Source of the DNA: Macrostomum hystrix
Lineage: Eukaryota; Animalia; Platyhelminthes
Assembly: GCA_950097015.1 (NCBI GenBank)
Contig: CATNEN010000030.1
Span: forward strand, 4,650,001-4,714,000
Direction: 5' to 3'
DNA: 64,000 bases
Made by a program: the position numbers and the translations under genes
The notes under the pieces: model-generated
What the model was told of the DNA's origin: nothing
Databases searched by the model: none
The model's input: only the letters and a program-made list of their open reading frames with translations
Shown here: one piece after another, positions 51,957 through 63,619 of the stretch
Numbering within the stretch: the first letter of the stretch is position 1
Layout: the number at the start of each line of letters is the position of its first letter

Positions 51957-54737
51957 ATGTCTGCTGCTGCAGAGGTGGAACAGGGCTTTATCGATTTCGA
52001 AGTCGACAGTGAGTTAAAAGAGTGCTTATACAGCGACTGCCGCAAGCAGGGACCACAAGACTCCAGAAACAACTCGTCCGCTAACCCTCCAAAGGGTGAT
52101 GGAACCCGTAAAGAAGTGGTTAGTAAACTTTTTCTTTTCCGTTGCCCTGAGCTGCCATTACTTAGTCGAGTCCTGTAGAATGTGATGAGAAGTAATTCAT
52201 GCTAATTTGCATATTTGGTCTAGAGTACTCACTAAAAACTTGCTTATTAATTGTGAAAAAGTTTTTCATTACCTTGTATTTCTTAAAAAACGAATAGTAC
52301 GCAACATCCCGGACAAAAGCACAAGTGCCCCCCCACAAACTCTAAATTATATTTCTAAAACAATGCAAACCAGGATTTTGCACGCACCGTACTATGCGCA
52401 CAGTGCTAGAATCCACTTTCTTTCTGCTCTCTTTATGGCAGAGATATAAGGAGGGAGTTTTAAAGAACGAAAACCAAGCTGCATGTCTAACCTTCCTCTG
52501 AAAGTCATTCAGAATCAATTGCTAGGATCAACATTTTTTGCCACAGTTCATATGCTTTTCTTGCTGCAGAGGCTAAATTCAGCAAAAGCCCGAAAGAAAT
52601 CGCCAGAATTCCGGCACGGTTGCTCAACGCCAGCGCGGTCACGCTTCGAAGTAACAAGTTCCAGTCAGGTTGTTCAAACGGTAGTCCTGTGGATTTGCAT
52701 CAGAAAGCATACTTACAAAAACTATTTGTGGCAGTTTTTGCATCAAGGTCGCTTCCAAGGGACGGAGGCCTACAAAAATCTGTCACGTTGGACTACCCAG
52801 CTGCGAATTCGAATGAACCGCAGAGTTCCCTTCGGCTACCTGCTTCGCGGCCTTCGCTCCCGCCTTGGACTCAGCACTAACGTTGATGCTGTCAAACTCT
52901 GTTTAGACGGCTTCTATGGCATGATTGGTTTCGGTGACATCTTCGGAAACTATGGGGACGGTGAGTTGTAGGCCAGGTTGCTTGCTTTTTTCTGCTAACG
53001 GGATTACTTACTTACTTAATTGCAGGGGGCCTGGGGAACTTGACGCACAAGCGCAGGAACGGCATGCCCTCAGGCCGGCGAAATAGGCGGGAGTCGCCCA
53101 TCGCGCCATCTAGACCCCTGGAAACAGGCACCTCACACACAGCAGCAAGCAAAGCGGGGAAGGGGGCGGCAGCCGGAGTGCCTCTCACCCCAGGCCCGCA
53201 CACGCACAGAGCTGACCAAACCAGGGGAGGACTTAGATGCCTGAAGGGTAGGGACGAGAGGACCAAGCCACGCGCGCAGACGGCTGCTGAAACCTCGCCG
53301 CTCAGAGCACGCATGGCTGGTGCACACCCGCCCCACCCCATACAACGCCTCACACCCGGCCCAACGCACAAACACAAACACAAAGAAGCAGGCATGCAGA
53401 AGGCAGGGGTTAAGCTATTTTAAATTAGCTTTGGTTGCACATAATAAGGTGCATCTCCGCAAGTCACTACTTCGCAGACCCCCAACTAAGCCCCGAAATA
53501 ATCGTGACTTGGAGGGAGGAACGAACCAGCGACCATTGGAAAGTGAGGCAGCGACATTAGCCGCTGACCCACTCACCCCCTTCTGCTAACGGGATATAAT
53601 TAACTTGAATATTCTAGGGAACTTTAGAGAGGTAGCCTCTTTTGTACTACCTGCGAAGCATTTAATTCCTTTACGCAATATTTGTTTGCTCTTATTGTCA
53701 CATTCAGCTCATATTCAAAGTAAAATGAAAATTATATAGGTGTAAGTTTCTTTATAAACCCTTGGTTTCTGTAGTTCACTGTGAAGGTAGTCTGCGGTAC
53801 GACAGCAAGTGATATTAGTAATTAAATTTGAGCATATTCAGTATAATTAGAAGTTGGGTTCGAATCTAACGGAATATCGAATTCGCGTCCTATTTTTAAT
53901 TTAGCTTCGCTTGTCTCTCAACGCCTGAAAACAGATATCAAAAGCAGAACATCAACACCACAATATGGCATCACAACATACTATCGAATAAATATTAGGC
54001 ATAAAAAAATATAAACTTTTACTTTCATTACAAACATAATAATTAAGATAATTATGAAAAAAATAATTACATAAAATAAACTGCAAAAAGCACGATCAAT
54101 AAGTAATCTTAAATCAAAGCTGATTATAAATGCTAGGTTAACGACTAGCATCTACGTGACAATTCGCTACTCAAACTGCCTCCACAAATGTGATATTACA
54201 TTTGCTTCGGCATTGACTTAAGGACCATATGGGTTCCTAACATTCGCTTCAACTGGCTCTACCGACCCCAGGAGTCGTACCATGGATGGAGATATCAAAC
54301 CAGTCCACAGCTGACACCCTTCAGCTGCATGACGGTGACATTATATTCGTGAGCTGCTCAAATGAAAAGTTAGAAAGCCTAGCCCGAGCCAATCAAGCGA
54401 AAATTATTTTCCAGTCATCGGACAGCACCCACAGCGCTGGAAACATTGATCAGGAAGCTTTCAACGAACATAATGCTTCAGAGCTCGAGTCAGTGCCTCC
54501 TTTCACTTCTGGTCGGCTTCAATCTGATGACAAGCGATCCCAGCCAATTAGTCATAACGCTCTTCCTGTGATGGGCACTGTGACTCAGCTGCCGATGTAT
54601 ATGGCTGAAGTTTTAGTCGAACTACCTCAACTAATAAAGGCGCTGTCATTAGCACTGCATGAGCGTCAGCCTATGTACATAGCCACGGCGGCCATCTCAG
54701 CGGAAAGTCAGTTCTGCCAGACGGATTTTATCGATAA
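51957..54737 (+). CDS. Uncharacterised protein with a SUMO/ubiquitin-like domain; 3' end unresolved
   Basis: Exons 51957-52118, 52570-52960 and 54272-(54737, 54843 or 54888) in matching phases. LRIRMNRRVPFGYLLRGLRSRLGLSTNVDAVKLCLDG and, across the intron, EISNQSTADTLQLHDGDIIFV match the SUMO/Rad60-SLD pattern (FKIKxxTPLxKLxxAY...LFDG...TPxxLxMEDGDxIxV). Confidence 0.65.
53005..53580 (-). mobile_element. tRNA-headed SINE (family B), about 576 bp
   Basis: Head GGGGTGAGTGGGTCAGCGGCTAATG...GGTTCGTTCC; (TAAG)n tail; 15-bp TSD TTCTGCTAACGGGAT (52990-53004 / 53581-53595). Confidence 0.8.
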
Positions 54738-55419
54738 GTCAGTCCTTTTGTGCTTTTTAGATTTTGTCTACCTTCTGTTTATCGTAGCAATTGTTTTAAT
54801 TACTTGTAGCAACTTTTATTCCCAACGTCACCTTTCTCACTTAGTAAGTAGGCATCAGACTTCGAAAAGTTTAATTCAGATTTGTTTCGTGAGTAAGCTT
54901 GTCACGTCAATGCTTTTCAGTTGAGTCAGTCGTCAGTTGAATTAAAATGATTCCGCATCTAGCGAGGTTGCAATAAGGTTGCTATTACGATTTACAAGGT
55001 ATTTGAGGTAGCGAGACGCAATAAGGACGACTTACTGCTTGATATCTAGTTGATTATTTTCAAGGCAGTTTTTGATATTCTGAATTCGCGGTTTCATCAT
55101 TTCGTACCTACGACTATGGATGATTGTCTAACTTTTACTAGTCAAAAGGCTGCGGCAGCCTAAATTCGACGATTATTCTCAGATTCACTGCAGAAAAATC
55201 TTCAACGGTCAAATCGATAAAATACAAGTACTAATTTCTGGCTGTCAATTTTCCCCAAGCCTATCTGCTAAACACTGACGTTGCTGTCCATCGGACGCAC
55301 AACGATACAAGGATATAGAGTAGATTTATAGTTATGAAAATACCGCCCATGATGCTCAAGAGCTCGGAAACAATGCCCCTCCCTTATGTTCTTTCTCTTA
55401 CTCTACTTTTTCCGAACAG

Positions 55420-58400
55420 TGTTGCGTTCGCCTAACTACATTTTTAAATGTGACTGCCCACAGGAGACGGAGGTCAAAGAGCAGAGATTGGAAATCGGCA
55501 AACATCCTGGAGGTGTTTACTAAAGACGGGTCTGGCCTCCTTCCTGGCATCCAAAAGTTTATGCACCAAGTGCACTTAGAGAGTGAAGATATCATCCGCG
55601 TGAAACATCCCAACTCGAAATGTTCTGAAGGGCTTGACCTAGTGCTGTCACCGGAGCTGGTGGCTTCGATTCTGGATGCGGTAAACGAACGTCCCTCTCC
55701 GCGGTTGCATCCGCTACTTGCGGAGGCACGCGCGGAAATATTTCGGTGTTGCAGCGCCTCGGACGTAGACGCGGCTGATGGCATCGGATTCGAAAATGAG
55801 GCCGGTGGAGGTGTCATTGAAGAGCTTCGCCTCTTTGCCAGCGAGTTGGACAGTAGGCTGCGCATTCGTTGCGCCGGCGCTGGTGACATTACCAGCTGGT
55901 CGCCTGACAGCGCGGCTTACTTTGTTATCGACACTTTCTTTGCTACATCAATCAGCACTATCTACGGCTTAGGGCGCGATCATCGTTACCAGCCTTACGT
56001 CGTAGACTCTGCTATGCAAATTATCGAGGAGGATTTATCGCTGTTTCTTTGCAACTCAACTGGTTCGGATCCAAAGCACAAGGAAAGAGTAGATTGGGCC
56101 TGGCATCATATTTATAGGCTGCATCCGGCACCCCACGAACTGGATTCTTCTAAAGCATGCCTTCACCTTAAAAAGCTGTTGGATTTACACTCTGGGCGTG
56201 AGTTTATTGTTTTTATGAAGTCTGAAGGATGGACGTTTAAAGTTGAATAAAGTTTAGACAAAGTACACCGTAGAAATGCGTGTGAATATACTCATTTTGG
56301 AATGTTTAGTGCAATCCAAAAGTTATTGGAAATTTTTAGTTCGCATATTTTCTAATACATACATTAGATATTTTTTAATCATCCGAAACATCAGAATTGG
56401 ACGATTGAATGCTTTCCTAATTTCTATTTTATGAATGCGTACAAGCATGTACTTATACCGGGACCTCATTAATACTTAGATTCAGATCGACAAGCGGACC
56501 CGATGATGGATTGGCTTTTAACAAATTTAGAAGAGCACTCGAATGCTTTTAGCAGTAGAGAGACCACAAGTGTATTTCAAACGCCTTTATTAATATTTTT
56601 GTATATGCTAAGCTATTCAACCAATCACCCTGAAAATACAGAACACGGGCTAAAATTTTCCACTCTATCCGATGAAACAATCCAGTCCAGAATCACAAAA
56701 CATCTGCATCATCGAGATATTCAACGATTTTCGTCGGTGTCAGGTGGCAAAAACCAAAAATATAGGCATAACTTTTCTGCTCACTAAATTTCATCTCGTA
56801 ATCATTAATTTCGGCCATTCTTGTCGATTTTATTGTATTGGTTATATTGTTAATTATTATACTCGTTTTCGTTCAAACAGAGTATTGCTTGTTGTTCTTG
56901 TCATCAGAGTCTTCGACAAGAATCACTGAATATATTGGAAAGTTAGCGCAGCGTAAAGGGCGGAAAATTTTGATCCATATGGTGGACATTCACGAAAATC
57001 GGTCATTCGGTTTGAGAGCTAACGTGCAGTGGTTATTTGAAATACTTCCTGTGGTCTTTCCCTAGGGGAAAATAGCGTGGTCTTTCTACAGTTAAGAGAG
57101 TATTTCTAAGTTGTTGGGCTATTTTAATCACCTCTAGTCTGTGCCAACCGAAGTGTGCTTTTCTAGTACTCGTGATTCCCATAGTAAGAGCTATTTTAGG
57201 AGAACAAAGAACAACTATTTTATCAACTTTTGAAACAGTTTCTTGACTCCTCGTTCGCAGAACGAAACATCTCCTGGAGATCCTTTATTGGCTGCAGCCT
57301 AAGCTGCTTGTACAGCGACTACAGTGCGAAGAAAGCAGCTTTTTGGGCCATCAACTTCCTGGTTTCGCAGCCAAAAGTTTACAATACTCTACTAGCTGAG
57401 ATCGACTCTTGCTGCCCAGCCAAGCCTGGTGTTCCGGACTTTTGCAGGCTGACACTCACGGAGCTGGAGGAGATGCCTTTTCTAGGTGTGTTGAACTTTC
57501 ATGTTTTACAAATTCTTGATTGTTAGTTAGGATATTTTACACTGATAAATGGAGTTCTACAGGCAACGAAACTCGGATGCCGCCGATGCCACTTATGGGA
57601 CAGAAAAATATTTCGCCTCTTTCCGACTCAATCGATATTTAGGGTTCAAAAGCTTTAGTCAGCATAGATTTTAATGGGTTGCGGAGCTGACTTTATGACT
57701 ACGTTATAATGAGTGGAAAAAGAAATTTATTAATAATTCTAGCGAAAAAAGCGCAAAGAATCTTATATGATCCTTCTATTGCCTAGTAAATTTTGCTTTT
57801 ACATATGAATTCTTAACTGTGTTTTTGAACAGCATGTCCTCTGTGAGTATTCATTTGTTAACCTAATCAGATACTCGATCAATTACTTACCGATCAGTTT
57901 TACAATGGCTTACTATCGGGGTTGCTGGCCAGGGTCCGTGGATCAAAGATAGAAGATGTGTTTCCAGATAAACTAGCTCTTTTTTCCCGTCCCAAACCCG
58001 ATTTATCGATTATCTAACTACGCTCGTACGATTAATTGTTCCACTCTTTTCTCTTTCACTAGGGACTTTCTCTTTCACGCTCGTAGCTCTCAGAATCCTT
58101 CCGAATTTTAATTCAACTAATTTTATCTATCTAATTAATTTAATCTGAACCTCATGTTTCTCGCCGTTTTATGGCAACCACAAGAAAATTTCTTTTTTAT
58201 AGATTTCGAATATAACTCGTAGTTCGTGCAAAAGCAAATGTTTTTGCCTTGCGCCTCAAGCGCATGCACTTAACGAAAACTTGTAAATCAAGTTAATAAA
58301 ATTAATCAAATTGTAAATCAAATCAAATATATATCGTGCAAAAATAATAATAATTTCAGGAGGGCAGCGAGCGATGGCACATCATTTCGCTGACTCCTGA

Positions 58401-61400
58401 GCACACAAGCAAACAGATACCGTACGCAGGCACACACTCACATAGGTGTGTACATCTGTCCTGACTTTCTCATCGTCAGGCAGTGTAAACCCTCAGTGTG
58501 ACTTGGAGGTTGGTCTTTAAGGGCGTAAATTTCATGAAAAGCCGCCTGCAAGCCTTCTCTTCGCCAATTTAATGTGGCCTCGCTGCGGAATCGCGTTCAG
58601 GCGCCTTGATGCGAGAGGCGAACGCGTTAGACCGCTCCGCCACTGATCCCCATATGGGATACAGAGGATAAAATATAATTCTTCAATGAACACATGGGAT
58701 CAAATGAGATAAGATGCATTCCTACACCCGATTGCAGAGGCATTCGTAAAGGAAGTGTACAGGCACACTGTTGGTCAGTTTGTCTGCTTCAGAGCGAACA
58801 GTGACTTGCAGCTACAAGCTCGAAAAGAATCAGTCGTCATTACGATGGCGAGCGGCAGAGAAGCGGGCATTCTGCTTCACACACTCAACATGGACCCCAG
58901 TCTGTTCAGCCAGCCAGAGGTGATACGTGATTTTTTGTCGTGCTGTATTTTATTTTATCATTTCAGTCGGTCATGGCAAGTTTTGAAAGCTTTTTGCATC
59001 GAAAAAAGCAATTAACAACAACAAACTACAACTACAACAGTTGGCTAAGGCCGCAACTGTGTAGTTGTCAAAATTCGCGCGCAAGCACATTGTTTTCCAG
59101 CGTCCGACAGAAGCAGGTCGACGTAGCGCAATATCCTAATCTCTCCACACCACCGTGATCCCTAAAGGGAAAGCAGCAGCACATCTTGCCCGGGCTGTGG
59201 GCAGTGCTGCTCCGCTCAGATGACGTAGCCGGTCAGCTGCAGACGCTGGGTGCGAAGTAGCTGGCTTGGTCGACAGAGCTGGGCTCTGCGGTACAGCTCA
59301 TCGTTGGTAACGTTAGTGACGGTATCTGGTGAATAATGAATCCCAAAGGCGGTGCGCAGGAGTGCTGCGTTGGCGGCGTCTAACTGCCGCTCCTGCGAGC
59401 CGGTCAGGGTCCATTTGTGGGCGTTGTATAGGAGCACGGTCTTGATCACGGCTTGGTACAACCACAGCCGGCCTGAAAGCGCGGGGCACTGCAGGACTGT
59501 TCGCAGGGATCGGAAAGCTTCCCCGGCAAGTGCTCTGTGCCGTGCAGATTTTACCCTGCAGGTTTGGAACCAGGCCACCTAGGTAGACAAACTCCTTGCA
59601 GTGAGGCAGCGGCGCCACCTGCCTGCTTGAGTCTTGGCAGCGGATCTCAACCGGTAGGTTCATCGGCGCTGTCAGCACCATCGTTTTCCAGGCGTTCACA
59701 GATAGCCCGACCACAGCTGCCCCGGCCGTCAGCTTGTCCAGCAGGCGTTGAGCTCCTTCAACAGAACTTGACAGGAACGCTAGGTCATTTGCGTATGCCA
59801 GTATGGAAAGTCGCTTTTCCGGATGTCGCCTTCTCGTTCTGCGGCAGATCAGAAAGCAATCGAAGTCATCAGGAAGACTGACACGCAGCACCCAGTCCAT
59901 GATTAAGACAAAGAAAAAGGGCAAGGGATGTGTCGAAAAAGTCAGACAGGCCGTCTGGAGTCACAACTGGTCTCCTGGTACACCTGGCCATCATAGCCGT
60001 CACCAGCCACTCAGGCACGTGGTACGCGCGCAAAATGGTCGTGATGATTCGCCTCGACATCGAATCAATCTACGAAGACGCAGACGAGGATTAATTGTTG
60101 GATGCGAGCCTCTTCTAAGATGCGGCGCATCGCGAAAATTTGAGTTACTGCGCCCCTGCACGGCCGGAAATAATACCGCTCTCGCCTGAGGAAAGGGTCC
60201 AGCACTCACTGCAGCCGCGTAAGTAAAGGTAAAGAAAACTGAAGTTAAAGTAAAGAGAACGGCTAGCGCAAAAGCCTATTCGGTCTGCAGGGTGTATGCG
60301 ACAGTTAGCAACTAGCGCACCTGCAGAAATGCCAAGAGGGCCAAGAAAGCCACCATTGACCAACTAAGATACCAATATCAGCCGGCAAGTGTTCCTAACG
60401 CTGGCATCCACGGACCCGGCGTCAAAGCCGCGAGAAGCACCGGTGTTCATAAACTGTAATTCTGGTCGGACGAGCCAAAATTCCTCGGAGTCACCTTCGA
60501 CAAGCGGCTATCGTTCAGCTATCGCACGTGGCAAATATCACTGTGGACTACAGAAGAAGACTAAACCTCATGCGCAAGCTGGCAGGCACGGGCTGGGGGA
60601 TCAGACGCTGAACTGATTAACCAGACTTATATCGCCACCATTCGCATTTAGATCTTGTACGCAGTGGTTGCATGGACGCCTTGGATCAGCAAAGAGCTCT
60701 GGGTGAGGCTGTGGTGGCGCGCCATGCAGCGCAAAGAATTATCACGGGCCTGATGGTGACATGCGCTGAGGGCGGAGAGTGGCCTTAACCCGATCCAGGA
60801 GGTAAACAGTTCGTTTAGGGCCACCAAATTGGACAGGCGCACAGAGAAAGGTTCGCTTCGTTGGCATCTGGTGCACACCAAAGCAGAGGCTAAAAGGAAC
60901 AGGATGGAGAATTAAGACGCAGGAAGTACTCAGGACAGCGGGACTCACTCGGTCCCCAGAATCCCGGACGAGCTGAGCATGCCCCCGTGGAGCGCGTGGC
61001 ATATGGAACGGAGGTCAAGAGGAAGGAGGTAGAGAACAGACGGTGGAAAAGAACAAACGACACACCGAAGAGACAGTCTGGGAGGCCGCTAAACAGACAT
61101 AAATCTTCACAGATGGCTTGGTCCGGGAAGATCACGGAGGCAGCGGAGTCATTATTGCGGAAAACGGGCAGATAGAGACCGGAGAAATCCTCGTAGCAGG
61201 CGGCAAGCCGTGCAGCTCAATGATGGCTGAGCTTACAGCCATCCGGACGGCACGACAACTAAATGGGGAGAAGGCGGTAATCTTTTCGGGCAGACGAAGC
61301 GCAGGTCACGTGTGCCATCCGGGCCGTTGCGGCGAAGCTCATGGCGAAGGGAACACTGGCGATGCTCTGGGTGCCGGCCCATTGCGGCCTGTACGGGAAT

Positions 61401-63047
61401 GAAGCAGCTACCAGCAAGAGAAGCTGCTGCTGGCCGGTACGTCCGGTGCATGTTTAAAAGAACACTAAGAAATGCCGGACTTGGACACACGACAGGAGCC
61501 AGCGCACGTACGAAGGCCAGGATGGTAGGTCCAGGGCGCATTTTAGGAGCCGGACCGAAGCGGTGAGGCTACGGTGCTTCAAAACGGGACACTCTCTCGA
61601 CCTGGCCGGTTACTAGGCATGGTATAAGATAAAAACTGCCTTTGTTGCCAACTGGAAGTTGAAAGCGCAACGCAACTTTTCCTTTGCAGCGCAAGAGCAC
61701 CTATGCGAATGCCCAACTACGTTTGGGACACGGCAAAAACTTTGTATTTTTACTATCGCCCACTTGTGAAAGAACGAGCCCGCATCCTTTAGGTACTGGG
61801 AGAGGCTGCAAAAGAAAAGTGGAGACAACACTAGCACGCACCGTTATCGCACCAGTAATGCAGCGCAAGATTACTTTCGGCAGCAACAACAACAAGCACC
61901 CTGTTGTACTATTTCGCGGTTCAGGACATGAGTGAGATTCTACGGTGCTCATCGATCTTGACAGAGCCAGGATTCTTTGGGATTCCAACATTACAACAAT
62001 CCAACAATACAACAGGGAACTGTGTTCAGTTCGCCACAGTTCCCTGTGTGTTAGCCCTCGGTGAGCACACAGTTCATCACTCGCGTAGCTTCCTGCGCCA
62101 CTCGAGGGGACGCAGCAACTCCACTGGTACGTCGTCAGGTCCCGTAGCCTTGTTTATAATAAATTAAAAAAATATTATTAACTTAAGGCTCCACTGATGT
62201 CGAACAAAAGAGCAGGAATTGTAAATCGTCACACTATACGAGCCTCTTAGTTTTGTTTTACGAGGCTTCACAGAGCCCATTATTAATGGCGACTGACTCC
62301 TTTTAATTGATGATTCTACGCTCGTAAATGAAGCAACTCTTACGAAAGCAACTAAGCAACGAAAATATGCGAGGCCAGCAGGCAGGATTCTGAATAACTT
62401 CTGTCTAGGGTTACTACTATTGTTTTATTTCATAGACTATTTTTTTATTTATACCATTTATTTTACATCGACAGCCTTTCTCTGAAGCACGTGAAGTACG
62501 TGCGCTAACGTTCACCCTCAAGTGCACACTTTGAGGATCCCTCCTTGACCACTTTTTGCCAAAAAAAATTTTCTGTTATATAATTTTATTATACATTACT
62601 TTATATAATTTTAGAATTTTTCTTTTTTATTTCATTACATTTACGAGCGTATATAATGAAATTTCTATTGCACTTATAATAATATTATTGTGTAATTATT
62701 GCTACTCGTCATTTAGTTATTGTTATTTCCATTTTTATTAACAGCAATATTAATTTTTTTATTTATAGCCAAGTTTATTTTGAACTCTCGCTTCATAGGA
62801 GTTTAAACCGCATCGTTTCCTGCATGGCAGCCGGGCCACTAAGCTGTTTGCGCTGCCATTCGGCTATATGTGGCCGCGGCGTCGCCTGGGTTTGCTGAAG
62901 CTAAAGCTGTTCCTGTTTCTCCTACTAAGTCAATACAAGCTTCGAGCTGGCCAGGTTCCGACTGCACAGTCTAACGATGGCCTCCTTGGTGTTGAAATCC
63001 TACCTTGGACTGAAGATTTCGCCTTTGAGATCCAACCAAGGGGTTAA
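55420..63047 (+). CDS. Cytochrome P450-like protein (CYP7/CYP8/CYP39-clan-like) lacking the axial cysteine
   Basis: Exons 55420-56197, 57261-57485, 58738-58919, 62799-63047 sum to 1434 nt (477 codons plus stop) with no internal stop. Motifs SW.PDSAAYFVIDTFFATSISTIYG, AAFWAINFL..QP, EEMPFL/EAFVKEVYR (ExxR), LNMDPSLFSQPE/EFKPHRF, LPFGYMWPRRRLG. Confidence 0.85.
58345..58651 (-). mobile_element. tRNA-headed SINE (family C), near full length
   Basis: Head GGGGATCAGTGGCGGAGCGGTCTAACGCG...; (ATT)n tail at about 58345-58360; homologous to 875-1050. Confidence 0.7.
59012..62150 (-). mobile_element. 5'-truncated RTE-clade LINE, split by a nested insertion
   Basis: KATGPDDVPVELL and GIPKNPG...HRRISLMS (about 62150-61895) continue into LDPFLR...FRPCRG...QIFAMRRILEE, PFFFVLIMDW, LAYANDL, FVYLGG, TVLLYNA..WTLT; (GTT)n-like tail near 59015-59040. 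Confidence 0.85.
60224..61893 (+). mobile_element. I-group (RNase H-bearing) LINE 3' fragment inserted into the RTE copy
   Basis: KFLGVTFDKRLSF, LNLMRKLAGTGWG, AELTAI, LWVPAHCGLYGNEAA (RNase H); ends in (AAC)n; degraded. Confidence 0.75.
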
Positions 63048-63619
63048 AAGGGCGCAACATTCACAAAATTAGTACCTGGACTACAATTGTACATATTCAA
63101 GCATATGTTTTGCTGCTTCAGGTTGACTCGCACAAGTGTATAAGTCCTTATTCTTCTTTTTTAGATAGTTTAAGCCGAATCGGATATTTTTCTTTGTAAT
63201 GTACTTTAGTGTCAAAATAGTTATTCATGCCTCTTTAACTTGTACATAATGAATGTATTTACCTACTTAACGTTTCTTTCTTTGGTACAGGGGAGCTACA
63301 GTTATTGGATTAGTCATTGTCATTTTGGTAATTTTTTAGCTATTTTGAATATCTGCAACGTTATTTCTCTTTAGAATAAAATTCAAATACATCTTTATGA
63401 TATTGCCTTGAATGGTGATAGACAAAAAACGGACTCTTGGAAAAGTAATGATCATGCGAAATGTTTAGAATAATGGCTTCTGTCGACATTGATCACTTTA
63501 TGGTGAACCCATCAAACTAGACGATGGAGCTCGACTTTTAAGCTTATTATTCTAATATGATAATATTAGATGGCCTTCCATATGCCACAATTTATCAGAG
63601 CTTATCATGCGGCAAGTAG

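Noticed and set aside
56198-56250. ORF-track end of the 266-aa ORF as a stand-alone protein
   Set aside because: A GTGAGT donor at 56198 splices in phase to the next P450 exon; the tail is intron read-through.
57540-58020. Alternative P450 K-helix/C-terminal exons (GNETRMPP; YNGLLSGLLAR...)
   Set aside because: Far better in-phase exons with ExxR and PxRF exist at 58738-58919 and 62799-63047; these patches are intronic look-alikes.
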